A stretch of 64,000 nucleotides of DNA from a virus, in the IMG/VR virus record IMGVR_UViG_3300010400_000003, positions 1 through 64,000 of that record; one strand, given 5' to 3'. Shown piece by piece: positions 26,276-36,313 of the stretch. Positions within the stretch are counted from its first letter, which is position 1. Every line of letters starts with the position of its first letter. The notes under the pieces are model-generated. The model was given only the letters and a program-made list of their open reading frames with translations. It did not search any database and had not been told where the DNA came from. A program made the position numbers and the translations under genes.

Positions 26276-27081
26276 ATCGCAACGCTCTTTCCCTTGCGGA
26301 TTTCGTGTGGTTGAGTTTTTGGCTTGGGGGGAGACATCGGGCGACCGTCTGATTCCCACTTGGTTTTCACCCTGACCATCACCGACCGAGCGTTGTGGAT
26401 CGGCCTTTGGTTGTGATCCCTCCATCCGCAGCCCTCCATTTCGTGGAACCAGTCAACCGCCTTCCACTCAGCCAACCCGATCATTACGGCGGTCGCCTTC
26501 ACCTCGGAGAGAGACATGCGCGAAACGACTTCCGGGAACGCTCTCTCACTCCCAGCAGTACTTGGTTCTGGTTCTGGTTCTGGTTTGGTCAACGTAACGT
26601 TGGACGTAACGTTCGACGTTACGTTGTTTGTGTCCAAATCTTGGACGGTTTTACCGTGCTTTTGTGGATTACTAAGTTCTCGGCCCTTTTTTTCCACGCC
26701 AACGTCGTTACCGACGTTCAACGTAACGTTCCTCTTAACGAGCCTCGCGGCCGTGGCGGCGGATGTCTGGTTGTATCGGTCGGTGAGCCTTTCGAGGGAT
26801 AGATTCCACTCCTTCCTGGCCCGCTTCTGATGCCATTTGCCTGATTCAAGAACGAAAAACTTGTCGTTGTCGAAGATCGTTCCCTTTGTTCTGGCCCAAG
26901 TCCCGAGTTCGCACCGGCACAGGTTTCGCATTTGCTCGTCGTCGTCTGGTATTCCCTCGCAATGCAGGTGGGACCAGTAGAACCAAACGCAGCGAAGATA
27001 TTTGAAGCCGAGAACCTCTCCCATCATTTCAACGGCGGAGAAAAAGTCGTCGCCGTAGAATGGCATGTGGGAATCCGGCAT
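26272..27081 (-). CDS. replication initiator, DUF1376/YdaU-like
   Basis: MPFYGDDF..., IPDDDEQM, WHQKRA, NVT repeats, PEPEPEP linker. Confidence 0.75.
   Translation of the reverse strand: MPDSHMPFYGDDFFSAVEMMGEVLGFKYLRCVWFYWSHLHCEGIPDDDEQMRNLCRCELGTWARTKGTIFDNDKFFVLESGKWHQKRARKEWNLSLERLTDRYNQTSAATAARLVKRNVTLNVGNDVGVEKKGRELSNPQKHGKTVQDLDTNNVTSNVTSNVTLTKPEPEPEPSTAGSERAFPEVVSRMSLSEVKATAVMIGLAEWKAVDWFHEMEGCGWRDHNQRPIHNARSVMVRVKTKWESDGRPMSPPKPKTQPHEIRKGKSVAI
26590..26730. repeat. iteron-like ACGT(A/T)ACGTT repeats (putative ori)
   Basis: copies at 26590, 26603, 26615 and 26719, inside the initiator gene. Confidence 0.55.
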
Positions 27082-27086
27082 GGCGA

Positions 27087-27425
27087 TCACTGGCCCACCT
27101 CGATTTCCAACATGGCCGCACCGCACAACTGCTTGGAGACAGGAACCAGCCTCTCAGTCGGCAACCGCATGATGGAGATGCGTAGCGCATCAACAATTTT
27201 GTCGGTGAGTTCTTGGCGTTCCTCGTGGCAGTCCTCGCAGAGCGTCTGATAGAGGTAATCCGGGTAATCCCAAGGATCCACTCGGCGATAGACGCAATGG
27301 TGGACCTGGAGGTTCTTTTTGTCATTGCCGCAGAACAGGCATTGCCAGTTGTCGCGGCTGAGAATTTCGAGTCGCTTACGCTGCCATCGAGGGTCGCGGA
27401 GCTTCTGCGAGTAGGATTGCGTCAT
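27087..27425 (-). CDS. HNH endonuclease
   Basis: LRDPRWQRKRLEILSRD..QC..CG...VHH...LCEDCH. Confidence 0.85.
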   Translation of the reverse strand: MTQSYSQKLRDPRWQRKRLEILSRDNWQCLFCGNDKKNLQVHHCVYRRVDPWDYPDYLYQTLCEDCHEERQELTDKIVDALRISIMRLPTERLVPVSKQLCGAAMLEIEVGQ

Positions 27426-27514
27426 ACAAGTTCACAGTCAAAACCGATGATCCAAAATCGGCTTCGACGATTAAACCACCGATTTCCGGCGGTGCAACAA
27501 AAATGTGGCCCGCG

Positions 27515-27838
27515 TTACGGAGCGAGTCCGGCGAGCGCCGCAGGGCCTTTGTCGCCGCCGAATTCTGTCGCGCCACTCTTGATCGCGTCAGGTACGCCGG
27601 GAGCCTCAGTGGCGCTCAGAGCGGCGGAGAGCACCTGCCGGTCGCCCGGAGTGAGCTTGGGCAGCATCTTGTCAACGATGCGCTTCAGGACGCCGCCAGA
27701 CTGCTGCGCCAACCGATATTGCTGCTTTTCGGCTGCCGCCCTTGCTTCGATTGCCAAGATGCCTACGTCTTTGACGCGGGCGGCGCGAGGTTTGGGTTCT
27801 TTGCGTTTACGGGTGGGCTTAACGATGGGTGTTTCCAT
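27515..27838 (-). CDS. hypothetical protein
   Basis: METPIVKP start. Confidence 0.55.
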   Translation of the reverse strand: METPIVKPTRKRKEPKPRAARVKDVGILAIEARAAAEKQQYRLAQQSGGVLKRIVDKMLPKLTPGDRQVLSAALSATEAPGVPDAIKSGATEFGGDKGPAALAGLAP

Positions 27839-27873
27839 TTTGGTTTTGGTTTGAGCTTGTGGTTGGTGGGCGG

Positions 27874-28272
27874 TCAGTTTTTCTCTGGTGTCGGTGTCTC
27901 TGGCACTGGCAGCGCCAGTTGAAAGTCCGCCTGGGTCATCTCGCGGCGCTCGACAAAATCGCCCTTGGCGCCGTCCGTGCCGCGACGGAAGTAATCCTTG
28001 CTGCGGTTGGCCGGGTCGAGCACGACGATGCACTCGGTTGGCCGCATCTCGTAGCCGCTCGTCACTTTGTCCACCAGCGAGTCGCGGCGGATTTCCTTCG
28101 TCTCGATGCGCGAGCCAAAATCCTTGGTGACGGCGGACTTCTCGCTTTCGAGTGTGTTGATGTCGTTGCAGGTGCGGCCGAGTTCGCGCGAGAGGTCCAC
28201 CAACTCGTCCTGCGAGAAGGTGTGCTTGGCGTGGATGGTTTCGACGATTTGGGTATCAGTTTTCTTGGGCAT
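27874..28272 (-). CDS. hypothetical coiled-coil protein
   Basis: ORF. Confidence 0.7.
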   Translation of the reverse strand: MPKKTDTQIVETIHAKHTFSQDELVDLSRELGRTCNDINTLESEKSAVTKDFGSRIETKEIRRDSLVDKVTSGYEMRPTECIVVLDPANRSKDYFRRGTDGAKGDFVERREMTQADFQLALPVPETPTPEKN

Positions 28273-28300
28273 GGTTCAGGTTTGGTTGTGGTTGTGGGTT

Positions 28301-29008
28301 TCAGTTGCCTGGAGTGAAAGGGATTCCGTCCATCAGGGTTGGATCGGGCTTGGCGGTTATCGGAGCTTGCGTCACGCGCTGCGGAGGCCCGCCGTTCAGT
28401 TCCTCCAGCCGCTTCATGGAGTCGTCGAGCAGCACGCCGAAGTCCTCCACCGCAGCGGCGATCGCGCGCTGAAAGTTTTCGTCGCGCGAGACGATCAGAT
28501 GCAGCGGAGGAAACTGGCGGTTGTAGGAAAAGAAGTGCCAGACGTGAAAGCCGGTGACGAACAGGCTGAACTGAACCTGGACGGCGTAAGCCTCCGGCAG
28601 CTTGCCGGCCAGCAGGTAGCCAACGTGGACCGGCATCGTGGGGCATTTGATCTCGACGCCGCAGGTTTCGCCAACCATCGCGTCCGGGGAGCATCCGCAC
28701 AGTCCGTCATCCGATTCAATGAAAGCCGCCGTGGTCACTTCGATCCCGGTGTGGATCGTGAACGCCGGGCGGGCGCGTTCTTCGAGCAGGGCGCCTTGCT
28801 CCATATCAAACACGCCCTGTAGCGACGGCAGCGGCCCGCCCGTCCACCGCTCGACCAGCTTTTGAGTCAGGTAGGTCTGGACTGCTTTGCCTTCCTTGAT
28901 CTTACCGAGGGGCGTGACAAGAGCGTCTGCTTCCGAGGCGGTGATGCGGCCCGCCCGGAGCAAAAGCCATTCGACAGAACCTTGGGCTATGTCTTGGTGG
29001 ATTTTCAC
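28301..29008 (-). CDS. YqaJ/lambda-exonuclease family nuclease
   Basis: QGSVEWLLLRAGRITAS, CSPDAMV, VEIKCP, QVQFSL. Confidence 0.9.
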   Translation of the reverse strand: MKIHQDIAQGSVEWLLLRAGRITASEADALVTPLGKIKEGKAVQTYLTQKLVERWTGGPLPSLQGVFDMEQGALLEERARPAFTIHTGIEVTTAAFIESDDGLCGCSPDAMVGETCGVEIKCPTMPVHVGYLLAGKLPEAYAVQVQFSLFVTGFHVWHFFSYNRQFPPLHLIVSRDENFQRAIAAAVEDFGVLLDDSMKRLEELNGGPPQRVTQAPITAKPDPTLMDGIPFTPGN

Positions 29009-30270
29009 AGCAGTTCGCCGCTCAAGACCCGTTCAGCCCAGTCGGCAAGTTTTTCAACGCGCGTCTCCAGGTCGGATTGGATTGCGGCGTCCTTGAGCGC
29101 GGGCTTGGGCAGCAGCCGCAACTGCTCGGCGAACCGCTGAAGTTTAACGCCGTCGGCTGCTGCTGCTGCGCGCTTTGCCGCAGCGGCGGTAGCCTTGCGC
29201 TCGGCCTCGACGCGCGCAGCTTCGGCGGCTTCAGCTTTGGCCTTCTCGGCCAGTTGAGCGCGGGCCGCAGCGGCTTCCTCGGCGGCGCGCTTGGCTTTTG
29301 CTTCGATCTCTGCACGCTCTTTGGCGGCAATCTCTGCGAGCCGGTCGGATTCCGCTTTTGCCTTGTCCAGAGCGATCTGCTGTTCGGCTCTAGCAACCTC
29401 GGCGATGCGAGCGGCTTCCGCTTTCGCTTTGGCCTCGACCTCGGCGCGTTCCCGGGCTGCTTGCTCGGCCGCAGCCTTGGCGTCTGCGTCGGCCTTGCCT
29501 TTGATCTCGGCAGCAACGCGGGCAGCCTCGGCGCGTTCATGGGCAAGCTTCTTTTCCGCCGCTTCGCGCTCCGCCTTCGCCGCCGCCTCGCGGGCGACGG
29601 CTTCCGCTTTCAGCTTCTCGTTCTCGGCGGCGATACGTTCGCGCTCAACTCGGTCGGCTTCTTCATTCGCCTTTCGTTCGGCTTCGGCCTTGGCCGCGGC
29701 ATCAAGTTTCGCCTGCCGGAGCAGTTTGGCGTTCGAGAGTTTCTTCATGTAGTCGGCTTCTGAAAGATCGGCCAAGTTGCCCAGCAGCGGTTCGTCGAGC
29801 AACGGCACCAACTCCGCTTCGCGCGCGGCCTTCAAATCCGCCAGCCGCTTCGCCTCCGCGCGCTCCGCAATGTCCTCCGCTTCCTGCAACGCGGTTTCGG
29901 CGGGCGTCAAATCGGCCAGCAGGATGTTGTAAAATCCCTGAACCGCCTTGCCGTACAGCAACGCCTCTTTCTTCTGCGCTTCCCGCACGGAATCGCCTTC
30001 CAGGCGCACCTTGCGCAGCGCGAGCCGGCACGCCCGCGATCTCGCAATCTCGCGAACGCAGGTCGCGTCTTTGACGGATTCCGCAACGCCTCGCGCTTCC
30101 GCCAGCGCGGCTCGTGCCTTAACAAAGATGGGGTGGAACGCCTCAAACAACGTCTGGCTTGCGGACTTTTCAAGGCCGGTTTGGCTGGCAAACTTCACCA
30201 GCTTGGTTTCAACTTCAGGAGGAAGGACTTCAGGTTCGATTACTTCAGCGGTTGGTGTTTCAGTGTTCAT
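29005..30270 (-). CDS. A/E/K/R-rich coiled-coil protein
   Basis: long low-complexity helical ORF in recombination module. Confidence 0.8.
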   Translation of the reverse strand: MNTETPTAEVIEPEVLPPEVETKLVKFASQTGLEKSASQTLFEAFHPIFVKARAALAEARGVAESVKDATCVREIARSRACRLALRKVRLEGDSVREAQKKEALLYGKAVQGFYNILLADLTPAETALQEAEDIAERAEAKRLADLKAAREAELVPLLDEPLLGNLADLSEADYMKKLSNAKLLRQAKLDAAAKAEAERKANEEADRVERERIAAENEKLKAEAVAREAAAKAEREAAEKKLAHERAEAARVAAEIKGKADADAKAAAEQAARERAEVEAKAKAEAARIAEVARAEQQIALDKAKAESDRLAEIAAKERAEIEAKAKRAAEEAAAARAQLAEKAKAEAAEAARVEAERKATAAAAKRAAAAADGVKLQRFAEQLRLLPKPALKDAAIQSDLETRVEKLADWAERVLSGELL

Positions 30271-30273
30271 GGT

Positions 30274-31053
30274 TCATTTTCCTTGGGCTTCTTTCCGTCG
30301 GAGCATTTGATCTAACTCTGGATATTTGGTTGCTGGGATTTCTTTGAACGATGCCGCACCAGCGAAGCGCAAAAACGCACCGTGATTTGAATTGGTTTCG
30401 TTGACGCGCCGTTCCAGTTCAAACGCCTGCTCCGCAGAAACCTTTTCGTCGAGGTTTCCTTCGAGCGCGGCATCGCTGTCAATTCCGACGACGACAATGT
30501 TCAGACAGTCGCACAGGGCGCCGCGCTTGGCGTAGGAGTGCGCCGAACCATCCGCCTGTGATTCAGAGCAACCCGGAGGCCCTTGACCGATACGAACCGA
30601 ATACGGATTGCTCCGCTCGTGGCCGCCCTTGTGCATGAGCGTGCAAATCTTCGTGATCTTGCCTTGCTGGAAAGCGCCCTCCGAGAAAGTGTAGGTGAAT
30701 CCGTGTTGATGGCAGAGCGGTTTTGCCTGGGAGTCAATTTCCTCGAACGGCGCAAACGACGAGCGCATTTTGCCGTTCCGGTCGGGAATAACTTTGGTCG
30801 CCTTGATTCTCGGCGTGTCGGCCTGGAGGGCGATGAAGTCCTTGGTGAACTCGCGTTTGGCCTGATCGGCGTCCATGTCGCGCTTGAGCGCCACCAGTTC
30901 GCGAAGCGCGGCGACGTTCTCGCTCGTGACGCCGCGCTCGATCACGGATTGGATCATGTCGAGCGCGCTCGGTTCGCGTTTGGCGACTGCGCTGGATGGC
31001 GGCGACTGCGGCACGAGTTCGGCTTCGATGGGAGTTGAGGTTTCAGGTTTCAT
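30274..31053 (-). CDS. erf: ERF-family single-strand annealing protein
   Basis: FAPFEEI..., L.HKGGH, QADGSAHSYAKR, D.DA. Confidence 0.85.
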   Translation of the reverse strand: MKPETSTPIEAELVPQSPPSSAVAKREPSALDMIQSVIERGVTSENVAALRELVALKRDMDADQAKREFTKDFIALQADTPRIKATKVIPDRNGKMRSSFAPFEEIDSQAKPLCHQHGFTYTFSEGAFQQGKITKICTLMHKGGHERSNPYSVRIGQGPPGCSESQADGSAHSYAKRGALCDCLNIVVVGIDSDAALEGNLDEKVSAEQAFELERRVNETNSNHGAFLRFAGAASFKEIPATKYPELDQMLRRKEAQGK

Positions 31054-31238
31054 GTAAATTTAGGAGCGCGTTCAAATGATAGTTTCGTCATCCGTCTTGC
31101 TTTCCATCCGGCCTTCTTGTGGGCTGCCTTGTTGAGAGCCGGATAACAGAACTTGCGCCACGCCTCTTGTCGAGAGGTCGCCTTGCTCTCGGTGTGGACC
31201 AAGCCTTCCGGGCAGACGATGCACCAAACGAGGTTCAT
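31050..31238 (-). CDS. hypothetical protein
   Basis: coupled ORF. Confidence 0.5.
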   Translation of the reverse strand: MNLVWCIVCPEGLVHTESKATSRQEAWRKFCYPALNKAAHKKAGWKARRMTKLSFERAPKFT

Positions 31239-31447
31239 GGTTTGACGCCTTTCAGGAAGAACTCGCGGACGGACGGTTTTCGCCCGCGTTTCAGACTTGG
31301 CCTAGCCCGCTTCATTTGAATCAGCCTTTTCCACGTTGCCGATCCGATGGCCACTTGCTGGGCGGCGGTTCGGTAATGGGCCTGGCACAAGCCGCGACAG
31401 TGCTGGCGATGCGAACAACCTGGATAAATGCATCCATTGCGTTTCAA
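31235..31447 (-). CDS. small Zn-finger/basic protein
   Basis: CIYPGC.....RGLCQAHY. Confidence 0.6.
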   Translation of the reverse strand: MKRNGCIYPGCSHRQHCRGLCQAHYRTAAQQVAIGSATWKRLIQMKRARPSLKRGRKPSVREFFLKGVKP

Positions 31448-31538
31448 CGGTGACGTTTTTAACCGACCAAGAACCCGCTGTCAAACATTTTTGCAAAATT
31501 TCTTGCAAAAGTTTTCGAGCGGGTTCATTGTCGTCGAA

Positions 31539-31778
31539 ATGAAAGAGCCAACCGACGTAGTTCGCGTCCTCATGGGCATCCACGATTCAGTGAATCAAGC
31601 CGAGGCCATGAGCACAGATCAACTGACCACCGCGCTCGCCGAACTTGAACTGGCAGGCGGGGAACACGTCGCCAGCCTGGAAAGCGCGGTCAAGGGCGAG
31701 GCTTGCCATCGTTTACGCCATCCGCTCTCCTGGAGGCTGAGTAGATGGATCAACCGGATTAAACGCCATGCCAACTAA
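31539..31778 (+). CDS. hypothetical protein
   Basis: first gene of divergent plus-strand unit. Confidence 0.55.
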   Translation: MKEPTDVVRVLMGIHDSVNQAEAMSTDQLTTALAELELAGGEHVASLESAVKGEACHRLRHPLSWRLSRWINRIKRHAN

Positions 31779-32052
31779 ATTTGAAATCCCATCGCGCCGC
31801 GTCACGCATTGCGAGCCGTGCGAGTTTCACAAGCTCACGGGGTCATTGCATGTTCGCTGCGGCGAAGGAAGTTGGCGGCAATACGCCTGTATGAATCCGC
31901 AGGCGTTTGATGATCTTGACAGCGTGCCGCACAGTGACCCGGAGAAGGAAAAGGTTCGGCAGCGGTTGATTGGCCACATGCTCGAACACGGCAGGGACAT
32001 CGGCAAGACGGAGGAACAACCGCATTGGTGCCCGCTGAGAAGGCAAACATGA
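31768..32052 (+). CDS. Cys-rich hypothetical protein
   Basis: CEPC...PHWCPL. Confidence 0.65.
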   Translation: MPTKFEIPSRRVTHCEPCEFHKLTGSLHVRCGEGSWRQYACMNPQAFDDLDSVPHSDPEKEKVRQRLIGHMLEHGRDIGKTEEQPHWCPLRRQT

Positions 32053-33269
32053 GCGAAGTCTGGATCTTCCGCGGCACGCAGCCGGTCGTATGGCGGATCC
32101 CGTGCAAGGTGGCGATGCGCCCGCGTTCGGATCTGCGCGGGATTTACTTGCGCCGGAGTCCCGAACGGTTGCACCTCGATCCCGCCGTGCCGTTGCTCCG
32201 ATGCCAGCGAACGGCGCTCGACAAGTTTTTCGCCAAGCAGAAGGTCGTCGAGTGGGTAACGGGTCAATGGCGGCTGAAACACGCCTGGCACAATTACGCG
32301 GCGAGGTTGGAAGCGATGGGCGGCGTGCGAGCGACCTCCGGCGACCCGGAGGATCATCTGGTATGGAGCGGACGCCGACCGCCGGCTGGCAAGTTGAAGC
32401 CCGCTCAGAAAGAGCGCCGGGCTTGGCTGGAGGAAATGCTGGCGCGCGGCGGAGGCGAGACGCTGGAGCAACTGTCGTATCAGTGGCGGGAGTTCTGCCT
32501 GCACATCGCGCACACGCTCATCAATCGCGAGCAGCCGGTGGACTTCTACTGGTTCAAGTTGCACAACTGCCCGCTGCGCGCCGACTGGATGAATCATTTG
32601 GGCCGACCCGCGCCATACTTGGCGGTCAATCTCCTGCGGAAAGCGATGGAGGGCTGCCGCATCATGGCGATGGACATTGAAGGCCAGCATTGTTTGCGGC
32701 ACATTGAACTGGAGCACACTGCTGAATGGTGGAAGCTGGTTCGCAAAGCGGAAAGCCAGCGGCGGCGAGAGTCCGGGCCGGAAAAATATGCACGCAACTT
32801 TCAAGGATCGCTGGAGCGTTTTGCGCTCACGGCTTGGGCTTTGTTCTGGAGCCACCGCAAGGAAGTGGCTCAAGCTCACGCTCGCCGTGTTTCGCACGGA
32901 CGCCGCGGCGGCTTTCGTCTTGTGCCGGACCCGATGGCGCGGAATGTGTACGGCACGGCTTACCAGCTTGTTTATCCTCCTGATAAAGCCACTCGCAAGT
33001 CTCTCCAGGAAGCCATCGCACACGTCCAGAAAACGCTATCTCGCGCGCATGGCGGCGTGTCGAAGGTGTCCGATCTTCGACCGTCGGCGAAAGTCGTGCG
33101 GCAACCCGAGGACGAAAGAGCCGGACCTGCGGTGGGTCAACCCGGAGACGGGGCGCGAGGAAGCGATGGGATGCTTTTGCATGATGGCTCTAGCCGCGTG
33201 GTTTCCGATAAAGAAGTGCTGGCTCCACGAGCAGGGGTTGGTGACGATGGGCTGGCCGGTGGAGCTTGA
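32049..33269 (+). CDS. hypothetical basic protein
   Basis: long ATGA-coupled ORF. Confidence 0.7.
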   Translation: MSEVWIFRGTQPVVWRIPCKVAMRPRSDLRGIYLRRSPERLHLDPAVPLLRCQRTALDKFFAKQKVVEWVTGQWRLKHAWHNYAARLEAMGGVRATSGDPEDHLVWSGRRPPAGKLKPAQKERRAWLEEMLARGGGETLEQLSYQWREFCLHIAHTLINREQPVDFYWFKLHNCPLRADWMNHLGRPAPYLAVNLLRKAMEGCRIMAMDIEGQHCLRHIELEHTAEWWKLVRKAESQRRRESGPEKYARNFQGSLERFALTAWALFWSHRKEVAQAHARRVSHGRRGGFRLVPDPMARNVYGTAYQLVYPPDKATRKSLQEAIAHVQKTLSRAHGGVSKVSDLRPSAKVVRQPEDERAGPAVGQPGDGARGSDGMLLHDGSSRVVSDKEVLAPRAGVGDDGLAGGA

Positions 33270-33278
33270 TGGAACCCC

Positions 33279-33488
33279 GTGAAAGGATCGTGCGCCAACC
33301 CCGAGTTTGCCGAGGCCCTCTTTCGGCGAATGGAAGAACTGTTCCCATCCCGATCAAGAGAAGAATGTCTGGAATCCGAGCCGGTCAAACAGTTTTGGGC
33401 ATTGCTGTGCATGGGAGCAGTCACAGGTGGATTCGTGATCGTGGACGACAAATCCAAAATCATTAAATTGCGACTACCAACTGAATGA
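33279..33488 (+). CDS. hypothetical protein
   Basis: coupled ORF. Confidence 0.5.
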   Translation: MKGSCANPEFAEALFRRMEELFPSRSREECLESEPVKQFWALLCMGAVTGGFVIVDDKSKIIKLRLPTE

Positions 33489-34012
33489 ACTCCCTCGCCA
33501 GCACCAAACCCCTCGAAGTTGACATCGAGATTTCCGATCCGATCCCGACCGACGCGGAGAGCGAGGCTGATCTGGAAGGGCTGCTGGCCATGAGCAAGGT
33601 GTCCGCCCAAGACATCAAGAAACTGAAGGCGGTCGGCATCCATGTAAAGCGCCAGGGCATCCTCGAAACCCAGCGCGGCATGATTTACGTGACGCAGGCG
33701 TGGATGCTGGGCGTCACTGGCGAATTGAAGCGGCTGATCCACGACAAGCTGAAGAAGGAGGAGGGGAAGGATGTGCCGACAGATGAGGTTTGCAAGCTGG
33801 TGGACCAACTGGCCAAGCTGGCCGGCAAGCAGGCGGAATTGAGCGCGGTGATGCTGTCGCACGAGCCGAAAGTCGGCGGCGAGCCTCCGACGCCGACTGC
33901 GCCGCCAAACGCGGCGTTCCCGGCTGGGGCAATCGTCGTTGGCGGCAACGCCCAGGCGCACTTCCATCAAGCGCCCGAGAAAACCGTTGCCAAGGCCCCG
34001 GGCGAGGCGTAG
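33485..34012 (+). CDS. hypothetical protein, possible terminase small subunit
   Basis: helical, low-complexity tail; function is a guess. Confidence 0.55.
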   Translation: MNSLASTKPLEVDIEISDPIPTDAESEADLEGLLAMSKVSAQDIKKLKAVGIHVKRQGILETQRGMIYVTQAWMLGVTGELKRLIHDKLKKEEGKDVPTDEVCKLVDQLAKLAGKQAELSAVMLSHEPKVGGEPPTPTAPPNAAFPAGAIVVGGNAQAHFHQAPEKTVAKAPGEA

Positions 34013-34022
34013 GCTGCGGCGC

Positions 34023-34364
34023 ATGGCAGCCTTGTACGTTGCGAGTCAACTGACTCATCCGCCGCCGCCGAACCCGCCGATCGGCTTCGGGAATAGCTAC
34101 CGCGTCACATCCGCTCCGTCCTCATCTCTCGGCAGCGACGGCGACACCGCGATCAACACCGTCACCGGGGATTACTACACAAAGTTCAACGGTGCGTGGA
34201 CGCTCTCCATGAGCAGCGGCGTTGGAGGCGGAGGCGGTCTGTCGGGCGACGGGGATCCGACGGCAACGTACCCGGCAGGACCGCCCAGCGGGCTTGAAGG
34301 CACGTCTTACGTGAACCGCCTGACGGGCCAAATCTTCTGGTGGTACAGTTCGCAGTGGAATTAA
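34023..34364 (+). CDS. small tail-fibre-repeat protein
   Basis: two repeats: APSSSLGSDGDTAINTVTGDYYTKFNGAW and GDGDP...GTSYVNRLTGQIFWW. Confidence 0.7.
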   Translation: MAALYVASQLTHPPPPNPPIGFGNSYRVTSAPSSSLGSDGDTAINTVTGDYYTKFNGAWTLSMSSGVGGGGGLSGDGDPTATYPAGPPSGLEGTSYVNRLTGQIFWWYSSQWN

Positions 34365-34369
34365 GCCCT

Positions 34370-35929
34370 ATGAAATTCAAGGCATTGATCTTTTCGATTC
34401 TCTTGGCCGCTGGCGTAGTTGAGGCGGCGCAGACGCCGCTCTACGTCGGGAGATTCACCGGCAACGGCTCTGGCGTGACGAACGCGGCCAGCGTATTGAG
34501 CACGAATCAGACGACTCCTGTTGTGGTCGTGAACCAGACTTTCGACACCAGCCCCGGAGCCGCAACCTACACGTCCCCGCTCGTATTCGGCGGCGGCAGC
34601 AAGGGCGCGATCACGTCTGGCATGGCGATGTTCAACGGCTACCCGGATTATCTGCTGGGAATCGGATACAACACCAATTCCGGGAACAACGGCGACATTC
34701 ATTGGGGACTCGGCTTCGAGCACGGATACGTCCAGCACACAAACTCACGCACTTCCGAGCTTTACCTGGTGTGGAACAACACCAACGCCAGCTACAATCG
34801 CAGGGTATTTCAGGCAAATGTGGACTGGGGAAACAACTTCTCTGGATCTGGCGTTCTCGGCACCAACTCCGTTGGCTATTCGACGTGGTTTTTTGACGTG
34901 AATGAGTTGGGCATCGGAAACGGACAAGGAGCCGGGGCAACGGATTTCAAAGTATCTTGGGGGGCGCGACCTAAGTTCCAGTGGCTCGCTGGCGATGTTG
35001 TTTTTGGAACGAACCAAGGCTTCACGATCAACCGCGACGTTCAGGCGAACTCCTTCTTCTTCAACACGAATTACCAAATGGGGATAGGCACGGCGACGGT
35101 CTATGAGAATCTGACGGTTTCCGCTTCTGGTGGCCTCTCCACCGTGGGCGTGGACGGCGGCGCCGGCAACAACTGGATCGAACTCTACTCCGGCACCACA
35201 TCGGGTGGAATTATCTTCAGCAACGCCGGCTCCTTCAACATCGCGACCTCGACCGTCCGCACGAACAGCGGCCCGACCAACATCGTGACCGTGAACACTG
35301 CGGGGATGCAAGTCGGAGCGAACTTCTCTGTCGCAGTGCTCGGGAAATTGAATGTCGGCGAAACGTCCGGTGCGACCAATGCGGCATACAACTACCCGTT
35401 TGAGGTCAAAGTCGGCGGCAACCAGCATTTCACTGTCGCGTCTCGGAATAGCCTGGTTCGGCTCGCGGCTTACAATGACGCGGACGATACCCCCCAACCG
35501 CTCCAAATCCTTGGAGCAGTTAACGCGAGTACTGCTGCGGCTGGTATGCTTGGTGAAGTGTTTTCAAGTGCTGTGGCTAGTGGAAGCGCCGTTGTTTTGG
35601 CGACTGCGACTACAACGAATGTCACGAGCATTTCCCTGACCGCTGGTGATTGGGATGTCTCGGGAAATATAAACATCGCCGGTTCGACTGCGACTTACAC
35701 CCAGGGAGTCGGCGGCACTTCCACTACTAGCGTCACGCTGCCGACGGATGGAACAGAAGTTTATTCTGGAGCGCAGTTCACTCTGCTGTCCGTCACGGAC
35801 GGGCTGACCGTTCCACGGAAAGTGGTCAACGTGTCCTCGACGACCACGGTTTATCTGGTGGCCAAAGCGACGTTCTCGGCGGGAACGATGACCGCGTTTG
35901 GCAGCATTACGGCCAGGAGAATTCGATGA
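34370..35929 (+). CDS. signal-peptide tail-fibre-like protein
   Basis: MKFKALIFSILLAAGVVEA leader; C-terminal NVTSISLTAGDWDVSG...TTTVYLVAKATFS...ITARRIR fibre-tip domain. Confidence 0.75.
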   Translation: MKFKALIFSILLAAGVVEAAQTPLYVGRFTGNGSGVTNAASVLSTNQTTPVVVVNQTFDTSPGAATYTSPLVFGGGSKGAITSGMAMFNGYPDYLLGIGYNTNSGNNGDIHWGLGFEHGYVQHTNSRTSELYLVWNNTNASYNRRVFQANVDWGNNFSGSGVLGTNSVGYSTWFFDVNELGIGNGQGAGATDFKVSWGARPKFQWLAGDVVFGTNQGFTINRDVQANSFFFNTNYQMGIGTATVYENLTVSASGGLSTVGVDGGAGNNWIELYSGTTSGGIIFSNAGSFNIATSTVRTNSGPTNIVTVNTAGMQVGANFSVAVLGKLNVGETSGATNAAYNYPFEVKVGGNQHFTVASRNSLVRLAAYNDADDTPQPLQILGAVNASTAAAGMLGEVFSSAVASGSAVVLATATTTNVTSISLTAGDWDVSGNINIAGSTATYTQGVGGTSTTSVTLPTDGTEVYSGAQFTLLSVTDGLTVPRKVVNVSSTTTVYLVAKATFSAGTMTAFGSITARRIR

Positions 35930-36016
35930 ACAACCGCAGCGACCATCCTCGTTCATCGGGGCTGGTTGGTCTGACTGAGAAACCTTGAAAAGCAAACCAT
36001 CTCTCGAACGTGCATA

Positions 36017-36313
36017 ATGCAACCAGAACCAGAATGGGAGCCAGTGGGGAGGGGGTTGTGGGTGCTGGTGACGGTTTCGGTTTTGGGAGGGATAGCACGG
36101 CAGGCGCACCAATGGCTCGGAGGTCATCGCCCGACGTGGAAGCATCTGGTGGCAAGGGCCATCATTTCGTTGTTCATTGGCATCGTCTGCTCGTACACGC
36201 TCCCGCAAGAATCGCCGTGGAGTTTTGCCGCGACTGCGCTGCTCGGCTGGCTCGGGGCGGATGGGGTTGTTTTGCTTCTGGACATCGTTTTGCGAACTGA
36301 CCGAAAGAAATGA
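36017..36313 (+). CDS. holin (LydA-like)
   Basis: three TM segments, LGG.AR, GWLGA, basic tail. Confidence 0.7.
   Translation: MQPEPEWEPVGRGLWVLVTVSVLGGIARQAHQWLGGHRPTWKHLVARAIISLFIGIVCSYTLPQESPWSFAATALLGWLGADGVVLLLDIVLRTDRKK

Noticed and set aside
29005-30270. TolA or tape-measure call
   Set aside because: Similarity is only compositional, and the gene lies in the recombination module.
31827-34024. 398-aa and 295-aa minus-strand ORFs
   Set aside because: Shadows of a coupled plus-strand operon.
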